NCBI GenBank assembly: GCA_963833985.1
Contig: CAWIAD010000002.1
Location: 928,001 to 992,000, forward strand
Reading direction: 5' to 3'
Length of the DNA: 64,000 nt
Source: an uncultured Planctomycetaceae bacterium
Lineage (GTDB): Bacteria > Planctomycetota > Planctomycetia > Isosphaerales > Isosphaeraceae
Shown here one piece after another: positions 30,765-39,485 of this stretch; positions within the stretch are counted from its first letter, which is position 1; the number at the start of each line of letters is the position of its first letter. The translations under genes and the position numbers were made by a program. The notes under the pieces are model-generated. The model had not been told where the DNA came from and did no database searches. It saw only the letters and a list, made by a program, of their open reading frames with translations.

Positions 30765-31912
30765 CAGTGACCGCTTTCCGGTGCCGTCACGGAGCGGATG
30801 TAGTCGACCTCGGCCTGGCTGTAGGGCGTGCCATCCGCGCGGAAGATGTCGTGGAACCAGACCGTGGGCTCATGGGCGTACGGCTTTTTCCAGGAATCCC
30901 AGGGATAGATGGTCTGGGTCTTGCCGGCCACGAACCCCCAGTTGTACGCGCCGACGTGCTCGGATTTGAGGTAAGCCAGGATCGGGTCAAAGCGGCTGCC
31001 CGCGGGACGGGCCATGTACTCGGTGCAGAGCAGGGGACGGCCGTATCGTTTCAGCGCCTCGACGTCGCGTTTCATTTCCGGCAACGGTTTGTAGTTATGA
31101 AAGCTGATCACGTCAGATTGTTCGAGCATGTACCGATTGATTGGCGAGAGCTTCTCCGCACTGGTGAAGTCACCGGCCCAGACGCCCGCGGTCAGCGGCT
31201 GCGAGGGATGGACCGAGCGGGCCCAGCCGAATGCCTTCTCCAGGAGGCGCTGCGCCAGCTCAGCCTTGTTGGCGGGTTCCAGCCGTCCGTAGCTCGACCG
31301 GTTCGGGTTGTCAGGCTCGTTGAAGAGGTCCCAGGCATGGATGCGGCGATCGCCGCGGAACCGGCTGATCACCCCGGTGACGTACCCTTTCAGCTCGTCG
31401 TGCCGATCCGGGTTCTTGAGGATGACCAGTCCCGGGCATTGCACCCAGCCCGAGTTGTGCAGCCCCGGCCAGGGATCATGCTGTTTGCCGGAGTGCGGAA
31501 ACGGGTCCCAGCAGCTATCGAAGAGCACGAAGACCACGCCGATCCGGTGCCGGTCCGCCGTCTTCAGGAACTGGTCGATGCGCTCGAGGAAAGCCTGAGA
31601 ATCGCGCTCCCAGGGAAGGTGATGCAGGAAGACGCGGATGCTGTTGAACCCCAAGTGTTCCGCCCAGCCGAGCTCGCGGTCGATGGTGGGCAGGTCGAAG
31701 GTGTCAGCCTGCCACATCTCCAGCTCGTTGATCGCCGTGCTGGGCGAGAAATTGCAGCCGACCAGCCAGGGGTGTTGCTGCGCCCAGGCGGAAGCTGTTG
31801 CCGCCGACCAGGGACCTTGCTCATCTTCGGCGTCCGCGTTGTTCCAGCCAGAAACAAGAATCAGTGCGAGAGCCAGCACGGCCCCCGGAGCACTTGCAGT
31901 CAGGCAATTCAT
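30764..31912 (-). CDS. Secreted clan GH-A glycoside hydrolase (GH5-like, '1,4-beta-xylanase' type)
   Basis: WLVGCNF, GFNSIRVFLH, WDLFNEP (acid/base), LCTEYMAR (nucleophile), YNWGFVAGKTQT. True start MNCLT; the longer ORF to 33256 is a shadow extension. Confidence 0.88.
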   Translation of the reverse strand: MNCLTASAPGAVLALALILVSGWNNADAEDEQGPWSAATASAWAQQHPWLVGCNFSPSTAINELEMWQADTFDLPTIDRELGWAEHLGFNSIRVFLHHLPWERDSQAFLERIDQFLKTADRHRIGVVFVLFDSCWDPFPHSGKQHDPWPGLHNSGWVQCPGLVILKNPDRHDELKGYVTGVISRFRGDRRIHAWDLFNEPDNPNRSSYGRLEPANKAELAQRLLEKAFGWARSVHPSQPLTAGVWAGDFTSAEKLSPINRYMLEQSDVISFHNYKPLPEMKRDVEALKRYGRPLLCTEYMARPAGSRFDPILAYLKSEHVGAYNWGFVAGKTQTIYPWDSWKKPYAHEPTVWFHDIFRADGTPYSQAEVDYIRSVTAPESGH

Positions 31913-32200
31913 GGCACACCAGCGTTCGGTCGGAGATCTGTGGAACCGTGCGACAACAATAACGGACGCATTGTCAGCTTCCCGGTCCCTGGAATCAACA
32001 CATTGGCTTGCAGGCCCGGCGCGGCCGCTTTTCTGTTTGACCAGGACCTGCCTGGTGCCTACGCTGAGGGTCCGTCCGCGAAGCATTGCAACCGCTGGAG
32101 TCACGGGGCCAGAACAGCCAGTCGATCTGTCCTCGGACTCCGCGATCTGCTCGGCACAGGACAGGACAGTTTCTCGCCCGAAACGAAACGGAGGCTCCTT

Positions 32201-32917
32201 ATGAGAAATCCGGGACACATCACCACGATGCTCGGTCTGGCAATTGGTGCCCTGCTCACGCCGGCCTTTGGCCAGGATGACGCCCGGGCGCGGAAGCTGA
32301 TGGAGGAGGCGTTCAACCGCCGCTACCGCTGGAGCGAGAGCTTCAAGGGATTCTCGGCGGACTTCACCCTGACCCGCGAGGGAAAGAGCGTGAGCGGGTC
32401 GCTCAAGGCCGACCTCTCCAAACCGCGTGCCACCGTCGAGGTGACCTGTGACGATGCCGACGTCAAGAAGCTGGTTCATGACACGGTCGCCAGCACCGTG
32501 ACGCACACCCGGGCCGGCAGCTTCGAGCAGGGATTCGGCTCCTGCGGCTTTTCCGTGGCCGGCGAGGGTGCTCACGGCGGTACGAAGATCGCGCTCTCGA
32601 ATCATGGCTTCTTCAAGGACTTCACCGTCAAGGAAGGAAACATCGTCGAGAACCATGGCGCCCGCGGTGAGATGTCCAGTGAGGTCAGGGTGCGCCAGGT
32701 GGTCTGGGTTGCGGAGACCGGCAAGACGCTGCCGCGTGAGTACGCGTTCAAGATCAGGACCGGCGATCACGAGGAGGCGGGCGAGACGACCGAGACCTGG
32801 CACCAGGTCGACGGCGTCTGGCTGCCGACCTGGTACCGCCTGACTCGCAACAACGGCAGCACCCCCGTGGAAAGCATGCTGCGGCTGGAAAACCTCAAGG
32901 TGCAGCAGGGGGGCTGA
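32201..32917 (+). CDS. DUF3386-like protein with signal peptide
   Basis: GGAGG RBS; AFNRRYRW...F.GFSADF, W.QVDGVWLP. Confidence 0.75.
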   Translation: MRNPGHITTMLGLAIGALLTPAFGQDDARARKLMEEAFNRRYRWSESFKGFSADFTLTREGKSVSGSLKADLSKPRATVEVTCDDADVKKLVHDTVASTVTHTRAGSFEQGFGSCGFSVAGEGAHGGTKIALSNHGFFKDFTVKEGNIVENHGARGEMSSEVRVRQVVWVAETGKTLPREYAFKIRTGDHEEAGETTETWHQVDGVWLPTWYRLTRNNGSTPVESMLRLENLKVQQGG

Positions 32918-33075
32918 GGGTCGCTCAGGGAACAATGCCGGCCGGGAGGGCAAGCTCTCTGTATGAGCCGATGCACTCCCGGGGGCCGCAGCGTCAGGAA
33001 GACGAACCATGGAGATCACGGAGGACGCCAAGGCGGCATCTGGATCCGGGCCGCCACCGGCCGTTGACGGGCGAT

Positions 33076-33103
33076 TTGCCTTTGGCGGACCCGGTGTCAT
33101 AAT
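33076..33103 (+). promoter_or_regulatory. sigma70-like promoter TTGCCT-N16-CATAAT with extended -10 TG
   Basis: Read directly at 33076-33081 and 33098-33103; TG at 33095-33096. Confidence 0.55.
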
Positions 33104-33107
33104 TCCA

Positions 33108-33323
33108 GAGCCCGGCCGGCCTCGGTCGGGTAAGGAATGCCATTCGCCCTGCTGCTCGACGTCGCGTGCAAGGATCATTTCGCCGCGCGTTGATTTTTTT
33201 CTCTTCAGCGAGGCCTGTCGGGCGATCCAGCCGGACACAAACGGAACATCCCACAAGACACTCCCCGGGGTGGGCGAGGCGCCAAGGAACCAGGTGCGCC
33301 GCGCCCACCCTTTTTGCGTTTTT
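33108..33323 (+). ncRNA. Candidate sRNA or attenuator with GGA-loop hairpins
   Basis: Promoter upstream; 5' hairpin at 33111-33130; hairpin at 33156-33193 followed by T7; hairpin at 33268-33310 followed by T5GCGT5; five GGA motifs. Confidence 0.45.
33268..33323 (+). terminator. Intrinsic terminator
   Basis: GGGTGGGCG-A-GGCGC / GCGCC-G-CGCCCACCC followed by TTTTTGCGTTTTT. Confidence 0.75.
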
Positions 33324-33549
33324 CACGACAGGTTGCCCGGTAACCCGGGAAGCGCTATGATTGGAATCATGGACTCGCGAAAGGCCGGCATCGCGGTTGC
33401 CGAGTCACAATGTCGTAGGATCTCCTTAAGAATGTAAGGGTCATGTTCGCCGGCCCGGGCAGCATCCCGCCCCGAAGCGACTTCACGCGGCTGCCCTGGA
33501 TCACCCCCGCATGCCGGGCGGCACGTTGTCGAGGAGCATTGGAGACGCC

Positions 33550-35488
33550 GTGCTGGCCAACTTGATCCGAAAGCTCGACATCCGCACACCCTGGCTGGCG
33601 ATTCTACTGGGTGCGCGCCCCGACCTGGAAATTCCCGCCTACATGGTCAGCCTGACGGTGCACGCGGTTTTCCTGGTGCTACTGGCACTGGCGGGACACC
33701 ACGTGCACCAGGTTGTCCAGCGCGAGTTTCGCAGCCAGGTGATGGACAGTGCCCTGAGCGCCTCCGAATCCACATTCCAGGACCTGGACCAGAGCGCCGA
33801 GCCGCCCTCAATGATGCCGGCGGCAGGATCGTTCGCACCCAACCTGGCGACAACTATTACCTCGGCGCCAAGTTCGGCCAGCGTCGCCCCGATGAGTGCG
33901 GACGCGGCCCAGACGGCGAGCTCCGCGACCCCCGAGCTGGCCCGGCTGGACGTCCGCCGGGCGACGGAGGTGGTCCTGCCCACCGCGACAATGCTGGGCC
34001 AGGCTGTTTCCATCAGGGGAAATGGGGTCGAGCACGTCGGCGGCGTGGAAGGCGCCGTCGATCGGATCGCCGTGGAAATCCTCCACCGGCTCGAGCAGGG
34101 ACGTACCCTGGTGATCTGGGCCTTTGACGCTTCCGGCAGCTTGCAAGCCGAGAGGCAGCGGCTGGCCAAGCACATCGAGACGGTCTACACGCACATCACC
34201 CAGCTCGACGAGAACCAGCTTGCCGCCGACAAGGGGCTGCTCACACTGGTGGTCGCGTTCGGGCAGGACCGCAAGGCGATGATCGCCAAGCCCACCGCCG
34301 AGCTCTCCGAGATCCTGGAGGCCATCGGCGAGGTCCCCACCGACGCGTCGGGCGTGGAATCGACCTTCACCACCGTCGCCGAGATCATCCACCGCTGGGG
34401 CCGCTACAAGGATTCCGCCGGGCAGTTGTACCACGCGATGATCATCGTGGTCACCGATGAGGCCGGCGACGATGAGCCCCGGCTCGAGGAATCCATCGAG
34501 CTGGCCCAACGCGCCAAGGTTCCCGTGTACGTGCTCGGCTCTCAGGCGCCCTTCGGCAGGGCCAAGGGCGTCATGGATTATGTCGATCCCAGGACCAAGC
34601 GGCTGTACCATAACCTGGAGGTTGACCAGGGACCGGAGAGCGCGCTCATCGAGCAGATCCGCCTGCCGTTCTGGTACGAGGGTTCTCAGTATGACCTTAT
34701 CGAGTCAGGCTTCGGCCCCTACGGCCTGAGCCGGCTGGCCAGCGCGACCGGCGGCATTTACTTCGTCACCCGGTTCGGCCCGCGCCGCATGGGTTTCGAC
34801 CCGGCCCGGATGAAGGAGTACAAGCCCGACTGGGTGCGCCGCGACCAGTACGAGGCGGGCGTGGCCCGATCGCCGCTCCGCCAGGCCGTCGTCAATGCCG
34901 CGCAGATCACCCAGCAACGTTTGCCGGGCATGCCCACCCTGATTTTCCCGGCTGTCGAGAGCCCCGACTTCAAGGAGATCATGGCCGCCAACCAGGCCAA
35001 GGCCGAGCGGACGGCTTACACCGTCGATGAGGCGCTGGGGCCAATCTCCTCGGTCGCCAAGCTGCGCGATCGTGAAACCTCGCGGCGCTGGCAGGCCCAG
35101 TACGACCTGATCCGCGGCCGGCTGCTGGCCATGAAGGTCCGTTGCTACGAATACAACTGGGCCTGCGCGGTTGAAGAAAGATCCCCCCAAGTTCACAAGT
35201 CCCAGGGCCAACGCCTGGCGGCTCGTCCCGGACACGGCCATCCAGTACAGCGACAAGGCGGCTGCGGCCGCACACGACGCCGAGCGGCTGCTGCACCGCG
35301 TGATCCAGGAGCATCCCGACACCCCGTGGGCCTTGCTGGCACAGCGCGAGCTGAAGGACCCCTTCGGTTTCCGTTGGGTCGAGACGTACATGCCGCCCCC
35401 GCGGCGAGACAATTCCAATGCCGATGCGGCCCAGGCGAAGAAACGGAACATGCCCGAGGCCAGGCCTCCGGCGCCTCCGAAACTCTGA
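33550..35488 (+). CDS. Membrane-anchored vWA-domain protein, paralog 1 (frameshift at ~35170)
   Basis: TM SLTVHAVFLVLLAL; MIDAS WAFDASGSL, VVTDEAGDD; C-terminal HPDTPWALLAQREL in ORF 35171..35488. Confidence 0.88.
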
Positions 35489-35703
35489 TGAGCGGCCGTT
35501 GCCGCGTCGCTGGCATCTCGGCTGTCTCGGGTCGTCTCAAGCCACGTCTTGCTCACGTGAAACCGTACCTTTCCAGGATCAGGCCACCCGCCGCTTCGCT
35601 GGACCTCGTTTTCGTAACTTCCAGCCGGCATCGAGATTTCCGTGGTCGGCGCAGCGTCGGCGATTGTTAGAATAAAAGAGCCTCCAGGCCAGTGATGGTG
35701 TGA

Positions 35704-38034
35704 ATGAGAGGGGATCACGCGACATGGACCTGCGCTTTCCGGCTCCCTCACTGGATGACGCCGTTACGCCAGCGAACGCACCGGCAGGCCCGGCGGCAAC
35801 GTCCCGGCATGCGCCGAGCCTGCATGAAGCCCGCGAGGGAGCACCGCTGGTGCCCACGCCTCCTCGCGCAAGAGGGACGAACGGTCACGTCGGTGACGCC
35901 GGCTTACCACCAGCCCGAAGCAGTCCTGGGCGCTGGAGCCGCGGTGCCGGGCGCGGCCATCCCACCAGGCGCGGCGGAGCGCCCGGTCGGCGCAGAGCAA
36001 CCCGCGCCGGGAAATGCCCCAGCCATCGATTCGACGGCAGCAACTGCTTCAGCCTCCGCACCGGCCGACTCCGCAGCGCAAGCGGCTCCGCGGGTGCCCA
36101 GGCTGCGGCCGCAGCGCCGTCAGCGGATCCGGCTCCGTCATCTGCTGCCCGCCTGGAGCGTTTCTCTGTTCGTGCATGTCGTGATCCTCACGGCCCTGGC
36201 CGCGGCGACCTTCTCGGCCCAGGACAGGGACAAGAAGCCCATCAACTTCAACACGGCGCTGGCAGGCTATCGCCAGGGCGAACGTGAGGAACTGAACATC
36301 TGGGCCGATCCCGCGGATATCCCCCGCGATCAGGCCGTCGGGAACGAGCATGGCGGCGCCAGCAGCACTCCACTGGTCGAGACCGCGGGTGACGGGGGGG
36401 ATGACGGCGACGGCGGCGGCATGGTCGTGGCTGCAACCTTTGGCGGCGGAGCACCCTCGTCGACTCCCCGGTTCCGGGGAACCGGCAAGACGGGCATCAA
36501 TGAGGGCAACAGCCTGCCGCACTTCAAGCTCGAGGGGCTGGGCGGGTCTCCGCTGAGCATGCTTCCCGCCGCGCCGGCCGCTGATCTTTACGGCGGTGGG
36601 AAAATCGCCGGCGACCCGGTGTTTGAAGTCGAGGGCATCGGCCCGGCTCTCGACCAGCTCGCCCGTGAGATCCTCAGGCATCTCAAGGACCACAAGCTCA
36701 CGGTCGTCTGGCTGTTTGACGAGTCGGAGAGCATGAAGGATGACCAGCGAAGCATCCTTGAGAAGTTCGACCGGGTCTCCTCGGAGCTCAAGAAGAACAT
36801 CGAGCCAGGCAAGAAATCCGCAGGCGCCCTGAACCACGCGATCGTCGGTTTCGGCCAGGGGTTCGACGTCGTTCTGAAGAAGCCCACCCTCGATATCGAT
36901 GAGATCGGCCGGGCCGTCAAGCATCTGCGTACGGACATGACGGGTATCGAGAACACCATGCAGGCCATTACCCAGGCAGTCGACGGCTATGCCGGAATCG
37001 TGGGCAAGGATCGCAAGATGATCCTCGTGCTGGTGACCGACGAGTCAGGCGACGATGGCGCCGACGTCGAGGAGGCGCGGCAAGCGCTGAAGCGGCTCCA
37101 GGTGCCGCTCTATGTGATCGGCCGCCAGTCGCTCTTCGGCTACCAGCTGGCACATCACCGCTACGTGGACCCAGTCACGCACGATGTGTACCACCCAGTC
37201 ATTCATCGAGGCCCGGAGACCGCCGACATCGAGATCTACCAGTGGGACGGCCTGTACGACCGCTGGGATGAACAGCCCTCGGGCTTCGCGCCCTGGGAGC
37301 TGGCGCGGCTGACCAGGGATTCCGGCGGCATCTATTTCCTGCTGCCCAGCGAGGAGTTCATGCGGCTGCGCCAGCGTGAACAGGCCTACTCCATCGTGCA
37401 GCTCAAGGAGTACATGCCCGAATATGACAACCGCATGACCTACCTGGAGAAACGCAACGGCTCCGAGTTGCGGCGCAGCCTGTACCAGATCATCTCCGAG
37501 GGTAAGAACCTGATCTATCGCCGCAACTTCCCCATCGAGTCAGCGGAACTGGTGCAGGCGGCCGCCCAGGAAGGTGACAAGGCCTCCCAGAAGCTCGACC
37601 TCCTGCTCAGGATGGAAGATCACCTGCTCAAGCTCAAAGGCGTCCGCGACCGTGAACCGCAAAGGCGCTGGCAGGCTCACTACGACCTCACCCTCGCCCA
37701 GACTGTCGCCTTCCAGGTGAAGGCGTTCGAGTACCGGGCGCTGATGGCGGAGATCATCCGCAAACCGCCTCTCCCCAGCAAGATGCCCACGCGCGACATG
37801 TCCATCACATTCGTGGTCGACCACGACCGGGAGCCGCTGGCCGCCAAGGAACTGACGGCCAAGAAATACCTGGAAGCTCGCAAGCTTCTCGAGGACGTGA
37901 TCGCCAAGCACCCGAAGACACCCTGGGCAGACCTGGCGCAAGACACGCTGAATCGGGGCTTCAGCGTCAAGCTCAACGAATGGCACCATAACCCGAAGTA
38001 TAACGAACGGGCCCAGTTCGTACCCAAGTACTGA
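35704..38034 (+). CDS. Membrane-anchored vWA-domain protein, paralog 2 (start uncertain)
   Basis: TM AWSVSLFVHVVIL; MIDAS WLFDESESM, LVTDESGDD; HPKTPWADLAQDTL. The real start may be ATG 35724 in another frame (indel). Confidence 0.88.
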   Translation: MRGDHATWTCAFRLPHWMTPLRQRTHRQARRQRPGMRRACMKPAREHRWCPRLLAQEGRTVTSVTPAYHQPEAVLGAGAAVPGAAIPPGAAERPVGAEQPAPGNAPAIDSTAATASASAPADSAAQAAPRVPRLRPQRRQRIRLRHLLPAWSVSLFVHVVILTALAAATFSAQDRDKKPINFNTALAGYRQGEREELNIWADPADIPRDQAVGNEHGGASSTPLVETAGDGGDDGDGGGMVVAATFGGGAPSSTPRFRGTGKTGINEGNSLPHFKLEGLGGSPLSMLPAAPAADLYGGGKIAGDPVFEVEGIGPALDQLAREILRHLKDHKLTVVWLFDESESMKDDQRSILEKFDRVSSELKKNIEPGKKSAGALNHAIVGFGQGFDVVLKKPTLDIDEIGRAVKHLRTDMTGIENTMQAITQAVDGYAGIVGKDRKMILVLVTDESGDDGADVEEARQALKRLQVPLYVIGRQSLFGYQLAHHRYVDPVTHDVYHPVIHRGPETADIEIYQWDGLYDRWDEQPSGFAPWELARLTRDSGGIYFLLPSEEFMRLRQREQAYSIVQLKEYMPEYDNRMTYLEKRNGSELRRSLYQIISEGKNLIYRRNFPIESAELVQAAAQEGDKASQKLDLLLRMEDHLLKLKGVRDREPQRRWQAHYDLTLAQTVAFQVKAFEYRALMAEIIRKPPLPSKMPTRDMSITFVVDHDREPLAAKELTAKKYLEARKLLEDVIAKHPKTPWADLAQDTLNRGFSVKLNEWHHNPKYNERAQFVPKY

Positions 38035-38102
38035 TTGGTCCGCATCGCGCGCATGCCGGACCGCCGGCTTCACGGCTCCGACCACGACAGGGGCCCGGGT
38101 GC

Positions 38103-38872
38103 TCAGGTCAGGAACGGCCGCAAGCAGGCCCGCGGTAAGCCGATATCGATCACGGCGACCTGGCCGGTGTACTGTGATGCACCGGGGCAGGCGAAACCCA
38201 GCTTGGGGGCGACGAACGTGGCCGTCGCGGTGGCGCGGACGGCAATGCCCTGAGGCACGCCGGTGTCGGCATCCAGGCCTGACGGGATGTCGAGCGCCAG
38301 GATCGGCTTCCCGGACCTGTTCATGGCCTCCACGGCGGCCTTCAGCGGTCCCTCAACAGGACGGGTAAGCCCTGTGCCAAGCAACCCGTCGACCAGCCAA
38401 TCCGCGCCGGCGATGAGCGAGTCAAGGGTATTCGGCCCCTGAAGAACATCCGCCGGTTCGGACCAGGCGGCCTGGTCAATCCCTGCGCGCTCGAGGATTG
38501 CCCACTGCACTCCGGCGTCGCCCCGCAACTGCCCGGGATCGGCAAACCAGACAACCCGGACCGAGACGCCCCAGGCGTCGAGATGGCGAGCCACAACGCC
38601 GCCGTCGCCGCCATTATTCCCGGGACCGCAAAGGATCAGGACCCGCGGCAAGGCGCCTTGCCTGTTCGTGGGAACACCGCCTGGGGGGAAACTCGAAAAG
38701 GGCCGGACCGCGATTCCCGCCTCGACCCCCGCCGCGCGCTCGAGCAACCATTGCGCAGCACCCCGGCCCGCATTCTCCATCAGGACAAGGGTCGGCAAAC
38801 CGAGCTCGGCGGCCGCTCGAACGTCGAGTTCCCTGACCTCCCGCGCACGAGCGGGCGAACTCCGTAGTGCAT
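38103..38872 (-). CDS. nnrE: NAD(P)H-hydrate epimerase, stand-alone YjeF-N (frameshift at ~38845)
   Basis: LMENAGRG, CGPGNNGGDG, VDGLLGTG, ALDIPSG, ATATF; strong RBS AAAGGAGGAGG before the ATG at 38872. Confidence 0.9.
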
Positions 38873-38950
38873 TGTGCCTCCTCCTTTCGTCCGCAAATCC
38901 CAGGGTTCCGGCCTCCGCACTTCGCTTGAGTTCACTCGATGCCGCAAGCA

Positions 38951-38979
38951 TTGACAAGACTTCTGAATCGATCGAGAAT
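38951..38979 (+). promoter_or_regulatory. sigma70 promoter TTGACA-N17-GAGAAT for the FmdB-like gene
   Basis: Read directly from the sequence. Confidence 0.6.
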
Positions 38980-39041
38980 GCGTTTCAGTGGGTTCGGCCC
39001 ACAGACGCAAAGCGATCCGGCCTGCGGGAGCCTTTTGTTCC

Positions 39042-39287
39042 ATGCCGATTTACGAGTACCATTGCCAGCCCTGCGACCACGTCTTCGAAACCCTGGTCCG
39101 CAGCTCGAGCGATGTCGCACGTTGCCCGCGATGCGGCAACACCAAGCTGTCCAAGCAGTTCAGCGTCCCCGCCTCGGTTCATTCCAGCCGCGCCCAGAGC
39201 TTGCCCATGTGCGACAGCTCCGCCGGACCAAGCTTCAGCGGGTGCAGCCGTCCGGAATGCGGTTCCGGAAAATGCGCATTCGAATGA
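39042..39287 (+). CDS. FmdB-family zinc-ribbon protein
   Basis: MPIYEYHCQPC...CPRCG...LSKQFS, with a Cys-rich tail. Confidence 0.88.
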   Translation: MPIYEYHCQPCDHVFETLVRSSSDVARCPRCGNTKLSKQFSVPASVHSSRAQSLPMCDSSAGPSFSGCSRPECGSGKCAFE

Positions 39288-39385
39288 GGACCGTTCCGGA
39301 CTGCAAGATCCGCCTGGACGGTCACTAGATCCACTAGATCTGTCCCAAACCTATGGGTCGTACGCCATTTCCCTGTCCTACTGTT

Positions 39386-39414
39386 TTGACAACAGAACCC
39401 CCAGAGCGCATAAG
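39386..39414 (+). promoter_or_regulatory. Candidate sigma70 promoter TTGACA-N17-CATAAG upstream of dnaA
   Basis: Read directly; the -10 element is imperfect. Confidence 0.4.
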
Positions 39415-39485
39415 TTCCCCAGCCAACAGTAACGCCAGACACACAGGCGGCTGCTTCCAGGGACGATGGCGTGGGGGACGGGACC

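Noticed and set aside
30767..33256. Two long overlapping antiparallel ORFs (830 aa minus, 716 aa plus)
   Set aside because: Each is a real gene (GH at 30764..31912; DUF3386-like at 32201..32917) extended by a stop-free shadow frame, as is common at high GC.
39290..39485. oriC next to dnaA
   Set aside because: No canonical DnaA-box cluster, AT-rich unwinding element or dnaN seen by eye.
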